This document shows, piece by piece, positions 63,601-64,000 of a stretch of DNA of 64,000 nt. A program made the translations under genes and the position numbers. This DNA is from Cycas panzhihuaensis. Its lineage: Eukaryota > Plantae > Cycadophyta. Numbering within the stretch: position 1 is the stretch's first letter; every line of letters begins with the position of its first letter. The notes beneath the pieces are model-generated. The model was given only the letters and a program-made list of their open reading frames with translations. It was not told where the DNA came from and did not search any database. The stretch lies in assembly GCA_023213395.1 (NCBI GenBank), contig CM041465.1, positions 131,137,741 through 131,201,740 on the forward strand, written 5' to 3'.

Positions 63601-64000
63601 TTTTTCATAGAGATTTTATTCCAATAGTGAATCCCAAGGAGGGACACTTACAATTGCCTCCATAATGAATTTTTATTATATCCAACAAACCTAAAAAAAT
63701 TAGCACCTTATTATCATCACCTCCATTTAGTGATGGTTGCTTCATTCAGATGGGATCTTCCTTATGCCTTCAATAACACTATCACCTATTCGAGCATTTG
63801 GCTTTCTTAGCATTCAACTTCATAGATGTACTTTAGCAACACTCTACAAATAAAACATCAAGTGTAAATTCTTATCAAGATTTCATGGACTTGCCAATGC
63901 CCATTCACAAATAATCTTACTTTAACTACCATACCCTACATCTAGCATCTAAATTTCTTGAAGTGCCATCTACCATTAATACAACAACTTCATTATCATG

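Noticed and set aside
63750-64000. Possible third LINE RNase H remnant on - (VVVLMVDGTSR)
   Set aside because: A single weak motif at the window edge; downstream motifs are not recoverable.

Overview
AT-rich, CpG/CHG-depleted DNA from a large plant genome, with no intact host gene or RNA gene. The window is mostly a nest of decayed LTR retrotransposons, and most boundaries can be fixed by TG..CA termini, primer-binding sites (PBS), polypurine tracts (PPT) and target-site duplications (TSD). An old Tat-like Ty3/gypsy element (O, + strand, 1 to ~51300) is interrupted by a non-autonomous element G (687-49200). G contains Athila-like element A (2668-27499), the pol-deleted Athila-like element D (27890-34963, -) and, inside its 3' LTR, CRM-like chromovirus E (36185-48915). 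A contains Tat-like element B (5437-19729, -, 3-kb LTRs) and single-LTR element C (22277-23674). E contains Ty1/copia element I (39800-46033, -). Beyond 51.3 kb are a duplicated gene-like fragment, two L1-type LINE remnants, and gag-only element H (57472-61185, -), which carries a 427-bp microsatellite and a tRNA-derived SINE. The most unusual observations are: an LTR whose 3' end is a 33-bp tandem array of [LTR end + tRNA-iMet PBS]; two extra capsid-like domains between protease and RT in A; three GT-AG introns inside the 3-kb LTR of B, plus a decayed antisense coiled-coil ORF; apparent tRNA-Glu priming and a shared 3' extra ORF in A and D; and a perfect duplication-inversion at 48964-49168. 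All reading frames are pseudogenised. Domain coordinates are approximate, and lineage names come from motifs read by eye, not from database searches.
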